Shown here: positions 55,160 through 63,346 of the stretch, piece after piece
Layout: every line of letters starts with the position of its first letter
Position numbering within the stretch: the stretch's first letter is position 1
Origin: an uncultured Clostridia bacterium
GTDB taxonomy: Bacteria > Bacillota > Clostridia > Christensenellales > Borkfalkiaceae
Reading direction: 5' to 3'
Assembly: GCA_947087265.1 (NCBI GenBank)
Contig: CAMUBY010000007.1
Location: forward strand, 2,758 to 66,757
DNA: 64,000 nucleotides
Translations under genes and position numbers: made by a program
Notes under the pieces: model-generated
What the model was told of the DNA's origin: nothing
The model's database searches: none
What the model saw: the letters and a program-made list of their open reading frames with translations, nothing else

Positions 55160-57068
55160 AACAATAAACCCCCCAGTCCAGAATAAAAATAACGGCAAGT
55201 ATAATGAGGTACGGCAGAATATCGTCGTAGAAACCGTCCGCATACTCCGAAGTAGGCGTGCCGACTACGGATACGGAACCCGTCGCTACCGAATGGCTCT
55301 CCGACTCGGAAACCCCTGCGTACAACGAATAAACGCGTTCCTTATCGTTCACCGTTGCGGTCAACTCATAGACTCCCGACTCGGTAAGCTGCGTTTCCGA
55401 AACCGAAGACGCGGTCGGAAGCGAAATGCGCGCACCAGAAGGCGCACGGAGCACGAGCGCGGTGCAACCGTGAAGCACGTTAACGGAAAGCGTATCTCCC
55501 GTTTCAAACATCGTTTCGTCCAACACGGAGGGCGAAGAATAACGGTAGAGGTTTCTCATTAAAATCAGACAGTTAATCTGACCCGTAAAGTTGGTATCCG
55601 AAAGATTGAAGGAAACGACAACCTGTTTATCGCCGTTTTCGTTCATTCCTGCAAAGATAAGCGGATTACTGTTGAGTTCGAGAATGCTTGTGAATCCGCT
55701 ACCTACGGCATACTTGGCATATTTATGAACGGTTACCTTTTGCTGTTTGAGGAGATTTTGCATGAACACTTTTTCCTCGGTAGAATTTTGCGGGTATTCC
55801 GTATAACTTGCCTCATAATAGTAGATTCCATCCTCGGACACGTCCATATTCTTATCCTCGTCGGCGTCAACGACTTTCTGAAAACTGAAACCGGACTTCG
55901 GCACGCTCGCCGTTGGATTGATAAGCCAAACCGTTGCGCCTTTCGGAAGTTCCTTAGGCGTGTAGCAGTCGAATATATACAAACCGTACAAATCCGCCTC
56001 GCCTCTCTTGTAAGACGCGTAATAGTCTTCATAGTCCTGCGTGCTCATAACGTCGAGCTGGGTATTACCGATTGCGGTAAGCGCGTAACGCAGATAGGAC
56101 GGAGAATCGCCGACCAGCAACGTAGGAAGCTCATCCCCTGCCGCCGTTTCGTAAAAGAATACCGAATTGTCCCGCATAAAAGAATCGGTATTTTTAATGC
56201 GGAGCTCAAACGAACGGTATTCCGACACGGTGCACATGAAACTGAACGCGGTTTTCATATTTTTCTTTACCGGAACGTCAAGCGAATCGGTAGGCACGTC
56301 TTCTCCGTTCACATAGAGTTCAACGGTGAGCGTAGCGTCGCTTTGATAAGAAATAAGCGAACCCTCCAAAAGATAACCCGCTTTCTCCGTTTCCTTATCA
56401 AACTGTTTTCTCACGGAATAATTGACAATCGCGTAATTTTCCTCGTTTTTGGAAACGTCGATAACTTCGATATTTTCGCTCTCCTCATACGCCTTATCGG
56501 TGACGAAATAAATTTTCGTCGAGGAGTTTTTTTCAAAACACTTCTGCGCTTCGGCAACGGCTTCCGCACAATCCGTATTGCTCCAAGTGCATTTCAAATC
56601 GTCGATTAAAATTTCCGCCGATTTCTTATCGTTGATATTTTCAAAAACGGAATAGGTCGTATCGCCGATAAACACGAGCGCGTAATTACTGCCGCTGCGC
56701 GAACTTTTAATGAGCGATTTGATTTCGTCTTTGGCGCGGTCGAACCGCGTTTCGTTATCCGTTTCGGCGTGCATACTGCCCGTTCCGTCGAGAATAAAGC
56801 AATACTCTCTTGCCGAGTTAGGCAGAACAAAACTCGGCTGAGCGATTGTTATAGAAATCGCAAGCACGATGATAATTTGCAGAATCAAACTGATAATGCC
56901 CGTTACTTTGGAAACGGGTCTCTTGCGTTTCAAAAACTTTTCGCTCAGTTCCCAAAGATAGGTCGACGGAATGACCTGCTCCGTATATTTACTTTTAATA
57001 ATATAAATGAGGATAAGCGCGGGAATGCCGAGCAACCCCAAAAGTCCCAAAGGATATGCAAAACTCAT
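55137..57068 (-). CDS. BatA-like membrane-anchored vWA domain protein
   Basis: The N-terminus is FAYPLGLLGLLGIPALILIYII (aerotolerance BatA N-terminal type). The MIDAS-like motif is ILDGTGSMH. A C-terminal TM helix is present. It has an ATGA overlap with the DUF58 gene. Confidence 0.75.
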   Translation of the reverse strand: MSFAYPLGLLGLLGIPALILIYIIKSKYTEQVIPSTYLWELSEKFLKRKRPVSKVTGIISLILQIIIVLAISITIAQPSFVLPNSAREYCFILDGTGSMHAETDNETRFDRAKDEIKSLIKSSRSGSNYALVFIGDTTYSVFENINDKKSAEILIDDLKCTWSNTDCAEAVAEAQKCFEKNSSTKIYFVTDKAYEESENIEVIDVSKNEENYAIVNYSVRKQFDKETEKAGYLLEGSLISYQSDATLTVELYVNGEDVPTDSLDVPVKKNMKTAFSFMCTVSEYRSFELRIKNTDSFMRDNSVFFYETAAGDELPTLLVGDSPSYLRYALTAIGNTQLDVMSTQDYEDYYASYKRGEADLYGLYIFDCYTPKELPKGATVWLINPTASVPKSGFSFQKVVDADEDKNMDVSEDGIYYYEASYTEYPQNSTEEKVFMQNLLKQQKVTVHKYAKYAVGSGFTSILELNSNPLIFAGMNENGDKQVVVSFNLSDTNFTGQINCLILMRNLYRYSSPSVLDETMFETGDTLSVNVLHGCTALVLRAPSGARISLPTASSVSETQLTESGVYELTATVNDKERVYSLYAGVSESESHSVATGSVSVVGTPTSEYADGFYDDILPYLIILAVIFILDWGVYCYEQYQLR

Positions 57069-57949
57069 TTCAACACCCCCGATTGGGCAAGGTTTTCAAA
57101 GAAAATCTGTTCCAGTTGCTGTGCGTCCGATACAAGAAGATAGCCCGCCTCACGCGCGTTGCAGTAGTTTCGGATTCTGTTCTGTACGAACTCGACCGCC
57201 TCTTTGTAAGCGTTCAGAATATCGCGGTTGATGTTGCGCCGATAGTAGCGCTCAGGGTGTTCGGAATCGAAGAAGTGGTTTTTTCCGCGCGCCGAAGGGT
57301 TGAGTTCCTCTTCGGAAAGCACCTGCACGCAAAGCAAATCGCGTTTCTTTTCGGCAAGATAGTCGATTGCCCGTTCGTAATCGTTATCCGTTAAAAAGTC
57401 GGAAATGATAACGGAAAGCCCGTCGCCGTAGCCGACCTTTGCAGGCAGCATTCCTTCCGAGATGAAGCAGTCTCCGTTGAATTGAATCTGGTTGAGTTTT
57501 CCGATTTCGTTGTAAAACCGTTCTCTTCCCACCATACCGTCAATGAGAGTCGTCACCTCGCTCTCCTGAATGGTATAAACGGACACCCTGTCGAGTTCGC
57601 ATACGGAAAGATAGGCGAACGTTGCCGCCATTTCCAAGGCGCGCGCCCCCTTCTTACTCTTGCCGAAATCCATCGAACGGCTGGCATCGATATAGATACG
57701 CGTATGCAGCTGCCGCTCGTCGAGATACAGTTTCAGATACAGCGTTTCAAAGCGCGCGTAAGCATTCCAGTCAATCTTCGTAATATCGTCGCCCGGAATA
57801 TAATTGCGGTAGTCTGCAAATTCGCACGACGAACCGAACGTCTTACTCTGGTGGTTGCCGCCGAACAGACCTGCTATGTTGTTTTTCAGAAGCGTCTGCA
57901 ACCGCTCCACGCGTTGCAGAAACGCCTCGTTTATCACGTATTCAGCCAT
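57065..57949 (-). CDS. DUF58 domain protein (MoxR/vWA system component)
   Basis: YRNYIPGDDITKIDWNAYARFETLYLKLY is typical of DUF58. It lies between MoxR and the vWA genes. Confidence 0.8.
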   Translation of the reverse strand: MAEYVINEAFLQRVERLQTLLKNNIAGLFGGNHQSKTFGSSCEFADYRNYIPGDDITKIDWNAYARFETLYLKLYLDERQLHTRIYIDASRSMDFGKSKKGARALEMAATFAYLSVCELDRVSVYTIQESEVTTLIDGMVGRERFYNEIGKLNQIQFNGDCFISEGMLPAKVGYGDGLSVIISDFLTDNDYERAIDYLAEKKRDLLCVQVLSEEELNPSARGKNHFFDSEHPERYYRRNINRDILNAYKEAVEFVQNRIRNYCNAREAGYLLVSDAQQLEQIFFENLAQSGVLK

Positions 57950-57951
57950 GA

Positions 57952-59088
57952 TTATTTGCGATATTTTCTATCCTCTTTGATGAGCAGTCCGACGACGTCG
58001 TCAATGGTAAGACCGTCGTTCACCGCATTGTAATTGATTTTAATTCTGTGCCGCATGACGGGGTACAGGAGTTCTTCGATGTCCTCGTAAGCAACGTTGT
58101 AATTTCCGTTCACGAGCGCGCGCACCTTCGCACAGGTAATAATTGCCTGTCCTGCACGCGGCGAACAGCCGTATTTAATATACTTCTTCGCAGTTTCGCT
58201 CGTATCGGAAAGTTCGGGGTGCGTATGCGCCACAAGCGTCATAGCGTATTCGAGCACGTTGTCGAGCACGGGCACGTTTTTTGCCGTTTCGCGCATATTC
58301 AGAATGGTTTCACCGTCTACAACCGTCTGCGCCGTTTCCTCCATCGTAACCTGCGTCATGTTGACAATCCCTTTGAGTTCCGTTACCGTAGGGAACTGCA
58401 TGAGAAGTTTGAACATGAAACGGTCCATTTGTGCTTCGGGCAGAGGGTAAGTACCGTCCTGCTCGATGGGGTTCTGGGTTGCGAGCACGAAGAAAGGCTC
58501 GTTGATTTTATAAGACTGGTTTGCAACGGTAACTTTATGCTCCTGCATGACTTCAAGCATTGCCGACTGCGTTTTGGGCGTTGCACGGTTGATTTCGTCC
58601 GCAAGCACGAGGTTTGCAAAAATGGGTCCGCGCTGGAACACCGTTTTCATTCTGCCCGCTTCGTCCTTTTCGATAACGTTGGTACCCGTAACGTCCGAAG
58701 GCATTAAATCGGGCGTGAACTGAATCCGCGAGAACGGCAATTTCAATACCTTGCTGAGGCTTCGTACAAGACGCGTTTTCCCGACGCCGGGCACGCCTTC
58801 GAGAAGCACGTTACCGCCTGCGATAATCGCAATGATGATGTTATTTACAACTTCGTCCTGACCGACAAGGTCTTTGCGGAGTTCCTGCTTGATTTTAGCA
58901 ATCGCTTCGCTGAATTGGGCGACTTTCGAGTTCTTCGGCGCCTGTTTCGTCTGAGACTGTTCAGCGGGCTTCTCCGCTTCCGTCTCCGCAACGGGTTCCG
59001 CAACGGGCTGTTCCGTTTCAATCTCTGTTACGGGCTCCGCGACGGATTGTTCTGCTTCGGCATTTTTAGATTTGTTTTTTCTTAACAT
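57952..59088 (-). CDS. MoxR-family AAA+ ATPase with an acidic repeat N-terminal extension
   Basis: Walker A is EGVPGVGKTRL and Walker B is VLADEINRATPKTQSAMLEVMQE. About 55 N-terminal residues of E/P/V/A repeats are present (EQSVAEPVTEIETEQPVAEPVAETEAEKPAEQ). Confidence 0.9.
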   Translation of the reverse strand: MLRKNKSKNAEAEQSVAEPVTEIETEQPVAEPVAETEAEKPAEQSQTKQAPKNSKVAQFSEAIAKIKQELRKDLVGQDEVVNNIIIAIIAGGNVLLEGVPGVGKTRLVRSLSKVLKLPFSRIQFTPDLMPSDVTGTNVIEKDEAGRMKTVFQRGPIFANLVLADEINRATPKTQSAMLEVMQEHKVTVANQSYKINEPFFVLATQNPIEQDGTYPLPEAQMDRFMFKLLMQFPTVTELKGIVNMTQVTMEETAQTVVDGETILNMRETAKNVPVLDNVLEYAMTLVAHTHPELSDTSETAKKYIKYGCSPRAGQAIITCAKVRALVNGNYNVAYEDIEELLYPVMRHRIKINYNAVNDGLTIDDVVGLLIKEDRKYRK

Positions 59089-59122
59089 TATGATTTCTCC
59101 TACGGAAATTTTTTACTGATGA

Positions 59123-60118
59123 TTAGCGTACGCCTTCTAATATCTGGAAGTAGAGCATGACGATATCGAACCATTCGTCCGAATCGACAACGCCTTCATC
59201 CATTGCCGCGTCGATGATATCGTGATACTTTTTGGAAATTACGTCAAATGTGACGTAGCCGAGTTCGGGGTCGAAAAACAGTTCGCGCGAACCGTCGTTT
59301 CCGCCCTCAATCGGCGGGTCTTTCACGTCGGGGTCGGTGGGGTCGTTCGGATTTGTACCCGGTTTATCCCCGCCCTCTATCGGCGGAGGCGCGATATCGA
59401 AAATTTTGTAAAGTTCCTGCACCACATATTCGCCGACTTCACTGTTGATTCGTTTTTGCGCCCGGTCCGCTTCCTTTTCGTTTTCTCCCGAAGTATAGTT
59501 GCCGTTTGCCGCCGTATAAACGGAACGCACGTTGGTAACTGCTTCCTGAACAAACCCTGCAAGCGACGAGCCCGTAACCCCCATTTCTTCGAGGTTTACA
59601 AGTTTCATCAATTCCGCCGTAATACCCTCTTTCGTGTCCTCGTCCGCCTGTGAATTTTTTACGTAAAGAATGAGCGAGGCAAGCCTGCTCTGCTGCCAGT
59701 CGGTAATCTCGTAAGGGTCGTCCGCCGCATCGGGTTCTTTGTTTGTCGTAATCAGACAGCCGCACAGAAACACCGCAAGCGTTAAGACGGGTAATAGAAT
59801 AAACAGCCAGAGCCGCGTGAATTTCGGTTTGACGGGCGCAAGTTTTTCGCAGGCGTCCGCACGCTGTAACTCGTAAATATCACCTTCGCTTTCCTGATAG
59901 GCAAGCGCCGTCTGCACGCGTTCGCGCCCGACGGTTTTATCGAGTTCGCGTGCAATTTTCCCGTCGGTAACGCGGAAAAAGCAGAAGGATACGCCTGCGC
60001 ACGCGAGAAAACACCCGACACCGATGAGCGCGTACCAAAGCGCATACAGATTGTATTTTGCGAGATGGCAAGCAAGCAGCACAACGCCCGTAACAAAAAG
60101 CGCGGCGGCTGCGCCCAC
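59123..60118 (-). CDS. Membrane protein of unknown function (first gene of the MoxR/vWA operon)
   Basis: It has a GTG start and three predicted TM helices (two N-terminal, plus LWLFILLPVLTLAVFLCGCLI) followed by a soluble acidic domain. No family is recognised. Confidence 0.5.
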   Translation of the reverse strand: MGAAAALFVTGVVLLACHLAKYNLYALWYALIGVGCFLACAGVSFCFFRVTDGKIARELDKTVGRERVQTALAYQESEGDIYELQRADACEKLAPVKPKFTRLWLFILLPVLTLAVFLCGCLITTNKEPDAADDPYEITDWQQSRLASLILYVKNSQADEDTKEGITAELMKLVNLEEMGVTGSSLAGFVQEAVTNVRSVYTAANGNYTSGENEKEADRAQKRINSEVGEYVVQELYKIFDIAPPPIEGGDKPGTNPNDPTDPDVKDPPIEGGNDGSRELFFDPELGYVTFDVISKKYHDIIDAAMDEGVVDSDEWFDIVMLYFQILEGVR

Positions 60119-60349
60119 AAGAAGGCTTTTTATAATCGCAAATATCTGTGCCTGTTTTTTCAGTTTTTGATAAGATTTACTTATAATATAGTTTTATATT
60201 TATAATATTATATTGCAAAATACTAAATTTTGCTTAACGCAAAAAATTTAAGATTTTCCATTTTTATGAAAATATACTAAAATTATGCAATAAATATTCA
60301 TTTTTTCAGATTTTATGCAACAAAAAAGATAATTTTTTTGGGTTTTTTC

Positions 60350-60390
60350 ACAACAAAAACGGCTGACTTCACTTAAAAAGTCAGCCGTTT
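60350..60390 (-). terminator. Rho-independent terminator of tex
   Basis: Stem acggctgactt (60359-60369) pairs with aagtcagccgt (60378-60388). A T-run follows on the minus strand. Confidence 0.8.
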
Positions 60391-60410
60391 ATAATTTATG
60401 ATTGTGCGCT

Positions 60411-62579
60411 TTACTTTTGTGCCTGCCGCATGGTGAGGGAAATACGGTTTTTCTTCTCGTCCACTTCCTTCACCCAGACGGTAACGACGTCGCCTACCGC
60501 GAGCACTTCGGAGGGGTGACGGATAAATTTATCGCAAATCTGCGAGATATGAACGAGTCCGTCCTGATGCACGCCGATATCGACGAACGCGCCGAAATCG
60601 ATAACGTTACGCACCGTACCTTTGAGTTCCATGCCCGGTTTCAGGTCTTTGATTTCGAGAACGTCGGTACGGAGTACGGGCGGCGGCAGTTCGTCGCGCG
60701 GGTCGCGCCCCGGTTTTCTGAGTTCGTCGGCAATATCGAACAGCGTAGGAAGTCCGATACCGCATTCCTTCGCCGCTTTTTCTTCGCCGTACGCGTGGAG
60801 ATTGCGCATCATGTTCATAAGCCGCCCCGCCTTCACGTCCTCCATCGTATAACCGCAGAAGGAGAGCACTTTTTCCGCCGCCTCGTAAGACTCGGGGTGG
60901 ACGGACGTGTTATCGAGTACCTGTTTGCTTTCGGGCACGCGCAAAAAGCCCGCACACTGCTCGAATGCCTTTGCGCCGAGTTTGGGCACTTTCAGCACTT
61001 CCTGACGGGAAGCGAACGCGCCCTTTTCTTCGCGGTATTTGACGATGTTCTGCGCGACGGCGGTATTCAGCCCCGAAACGCGCGCGAGGAGCGGCACGGA
61101 AGCCGTGTTCAAATCAACGCCCACCGCGTTCACGCAATCTTCCACCACGCCGTCCAGCGTTTCGGAAAGCCGTTTTTCGGGCATATCGTGCTGATACTGC
61201 CCCACACCGATAGACTTCGGGTCAATTTTCACGAGTTCGGCAAGAGGGTCCTGCAAGCGGCGCGCAATGGAAACCGCCGAACGCAGGTTGACGTCGTATT
61301 CGGGAAATTCCTGCGCGGCAAGTTTGGACGCCGAATAGACGGACGCGCCGGCTTCGTTGACGATGGCATACGAAACGCCCGAACCCGCGCCGAGCGAGCC
61401 GATTAACTCCACGGTCATCTGTTCGGTTTCGCGGCTTGCCGTGCCGTTGCCGATTGCAATGTGCTGCACTTTGTGTTTTTTGATGAGCACGGAAAGTTTA
61501 TCGATGCACTCTTTTTTCTGCCGCTCGCCGTAAGTGGGATAGACGACCGTCGTATCGAGCACCTTGCCCGTACCGTCCACCACCGCCACTTTACAACCCA
61601 TGCGGTAGCCGGGGTCGAGCCCCATGGTAACAAAGCCTTTTACGGGCGGCTGCATGAGCAGCGGACGCAGATTGAGCGCAAACTGCCCGATAGCACCCTC
61701 GTTGGCGCTGTCGGTGAGCGCCGTTCTGATTTCGCGCTCCACGGAGGGGAAAATCAAACGGTCGTATGCGTCCTGTGCACACGTGCGCACAAATTCCGTC
61801 GAGGCGCACGGCTCTTTCAGCGTATAGCGGTAAATGAGGTCGAGCGCGACGTCGCGGTTCATATCGATGGAAACTTTGAGAATTTCCTCCCGTTCGCCAC
61901 GGTTCATGGCAAGTACCTGATGCCCCTGCACCTTGCTCACCGCCGATACAAACGCGTAATAGTTACGGTAAACGGTGTCTTCCGGCTCTTTCTTCGCGCT
62001 CGTCGAGAGAATGTCCGCACGGCTCATAAACAGTTCGCGCAACGCCTTTCTGATTTCCGCGTCGTTGGAAATGACTTCCGCAATAATATCCCCCGCGCCC
62101 GCAAGCGCTTCCTCGGCGGTATTCACTCCCTTTTCTTCGTCGACGTATTTTGCGGCTTCTTCGAGCGGCACGGGGCAATCCTTTTCCTGCGCGTAGAGAA
62201 TTTCCGCAAGCGGCTCCAACCCCTTTTCGCGCGCAACCGTTGCACGCGTGCGGCGCTTTTGCTTGTAAGGGCGGTATAAGTCCTCCACTTCGGCAAGCGT
62301 TGCCGCCTCGTCTATTTTGAGGGCAAGTTCTTCCGTGAGTTTGCCCTGGTTTTCAATCGATTTTTTCACTTCCTGTTTGCGTTCTTCGAGTCCGCGCAGG
62401 TAGGCAAGACGGTCGGCGATTTCGCGGATGGTCTGGTCGTCCGTCGTGCCGTGCATCTCCTTGCGGTAACGCGCGATGAAGGGAACGGTGTTGCCCTCGT
62501 CGAGAAGGGTGACGATATTCTGCACGTGCTCCTCGTTCTTGTTGAATTCCTGCGATAATGTTTGTACAATCGTTTGCAT
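60411..62579 (-). CDS. tex: Tex-like transcription accessory protein (YqgF/HhH/S1 domains)
   Basis: 722 aa. The N-terminus is IVTLLDEGNTVPFIARYRKE. The central YqgF-like region shows GLDPGYRMGCKVAVVD. The C-terminal S1 domain shows GTVRNVIDFGAFVDIG. Confidence 0.9.
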   Translation of the reverse strand: MQTIVQTLSQEFNKNEEHVQNIVTLLDEGNTVPFIARYRKEMHGTTDDQTIREIADRLAYLRGLEERKQEVKKSIENQGKLTEELALKIDEAATLAEVEDLYRPYKQKRRTRATVAREKGLEPLAEILYAQEKDCPVPLEEAAKYVDEEKGVNTAEEALAGAGDIIAEVISNDAEIRKALRELFMSRADILSTSAKKEPEDTVYRNYYAFVSAVSKVQGHQVLAMNRGEREEILKVSIDMNRDVALDLIYRYTLKEPCASTEFVRTCAQDAYDRLIFPSVEREIRTALTDSANEGAIGQFALNLRPLLMQPPVKGFVTMGLDPGYRMGCKVAVVDGTGKVLDTTVVYPTYGERQKKECIDKLSVLIKKHKVQHIAIGNGTASRETEQMTVELIGSLGAGSGVSYAIVNEAGASVYSASKLAAQEFPEYDVNLRSAVSIARRLQDPLAELVKIDPKSIGVGQYQHDMPEKRLSETLDGVVEDCVNAVGVDLNTASVPLLARVSGLNTAVAQNIVKYREEKGAFASRQEVLKVPKLGAKAFEQCAGFLRVPESKQVLDNTSVHPESYEAAEKVLSFCGYTMEDVKAGRLMNMMRNLHAYGEEKAAKECGIGLPTLFDIADELRKPGRDPRDELPPPVLRTDVLEIKDLKPGMELKGTVRNVIDFGAFVDIGVHQDGLVHISQICDKFIRHPSEVLAVGDVVTVWVKEVDEKKNRISLTMRQAQK

Positions 62580-62612
62580 AGTTGCTCCTGATACAATTAA
62601 AATGCAAAAAAT

Positions 62613-62641
62613 ATATTATCATATTTTAGGAGAATTGACAA
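62613..62641 (-). promoter_or_regulatory. Candidate sigma-A promoter of tex
   Basis: The minus strand reads TTGTCA (62636-62641), a 17-nt spacer, then TAATAT (62613-62618). An AGGAG RBS precedes the ATG at 62579. Confidence 0.45.
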
Positions 62642-62666
62642 GAATTTTACGGAAAATTTTTCCGTA

Positions 62667-62942
62667 TCAATCTCCCGTGAACGCGTCCACCGCCATGAGC
62701 AGCCCGAAACGGAAGCCCGATTGATAGTGGCATTCTTCGAGTTCTGCCTGCACTTCTAAATATGCATTGTGTACTTCTTCGTATAACGCCAACAGCGCGG
62801 GATACGCATTCAGTTCACTGTACAGTTTCTCTTCTAATTCAGAATAAACTTGATTCAGCGCGTGGTATTCTTTACTGAGCGGAATCTGCTGACCCTGTCC
62901 CCTGTTGCCGTGATACATTTTTTCGATTGCCGAAATTTTCAT
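62667..62942 (-). CDS. Small helical protein of unknown function, divergent from an XRE repressor gene
   Basis: 91 aa, with a GGAGG RBS and its own consensus promoter. No family is recognised with confidence. Confidence 0.5.
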   Translation of the reverse strand: MKISAIEKMYHGNRGQGQQIPLSKEYHALNQVYSELEEKLYSELNAYPALLALYEEVHNAYLEVQAELEECHYQSGFRFGLLMAVDAFTGD

Positions 62943-62960
62943 AAAACCTCCATATTCACT

Positions 62961-63027
62961 ATTGTGAATACATTATACATTCACAATTGGTAGTAGTCAA
63001 GCATTTTGTTCACAATTGTGATATAAT
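62961..63027. promoter_or_regulatory. Divergent promoter/operator region
   Basis: The minus-strand promoter reads TTGACT (62995-63000), 17 nt, then TATAAT (62972-62977). The plus-strand extended -10 is TGATATAAT (63019-63027). The inverted repeat attgtgaat (62961-62969) / attcacaat (62979-62987) brackets the minus -10. A 12-bp perfect palindrome tcacaattgtga (63010-63021) abuts the plus -10. Confidence 0.6.
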
Positions 63028-63033
63028 TTGTTT

Positions 63034-63237
63034 ATGGAAAAATTCATGGAACGATTAAAAACATTACGCATAGAAAAGGGGCTTTCGCAAAAACAACTTG
63101 CAAAAGAAACAGGATTTGGTTCAAGCGCAGTTTGTTATTGGGAAACTGGCAAAAGAATCCCGAGTGCGTTGGTAATTATAACGCTTGCAGATTATTTCGG
63201 AGTTACGACCGATTATTTATTAGGAAGAAGCAATTAA
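63034..63237 (+). CDS. XRE-family HTH transcriptional regulator (cI-like, possibly leaderless)
   Basis: The HTH is LSQKQLAKETGFGSSAVCYWETGKRIPSALVIITLADYFGVTTDYLLG. The ORF track starts at TTG 63028. The ATG at 63034 lies ~7 nt after the -10, and an alternative ATG is at 63046. Confidence 0.75.
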   Translation: MEKFMERLKTLRIEKGLSQKQLAKETGFGSSAVCYWETGKRIPSALVIITLADYFGVTTDYLLGRSN

Positions 63238-63269
63238 AAGAGCGGCTGAAAAGCCGCTTTTATCTTTTT
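63236..63269 (+). terminator. Rho-independent terminator after the XRE gene
   Basis: Stem agcggct (63241-63247), loop gaaa, stem agccgct (63252-63258), followed by a T-rich run. Confidence 0.7.
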
Positions 63270-63288
63270 GCTTGTATTTGCAATAACA

Positions 63289-63317
63289 TTGACATTTCTG
63301 CGCGTTTTTGCTACAAT
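63289..63317 (+). promoter_or_regulatory. Sigma-A promoter of the DeoR-family gene
   Basis: TTGACA (63289-63294), a 17-nt spacer, then TACAAT (63312-63317), about 30 nt upstream of the ATG at 63347. Confidence 0.6.
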
Positions 63318-63346
63318 ATAAGCACAAATGAGCAAAGGGAAATTTT

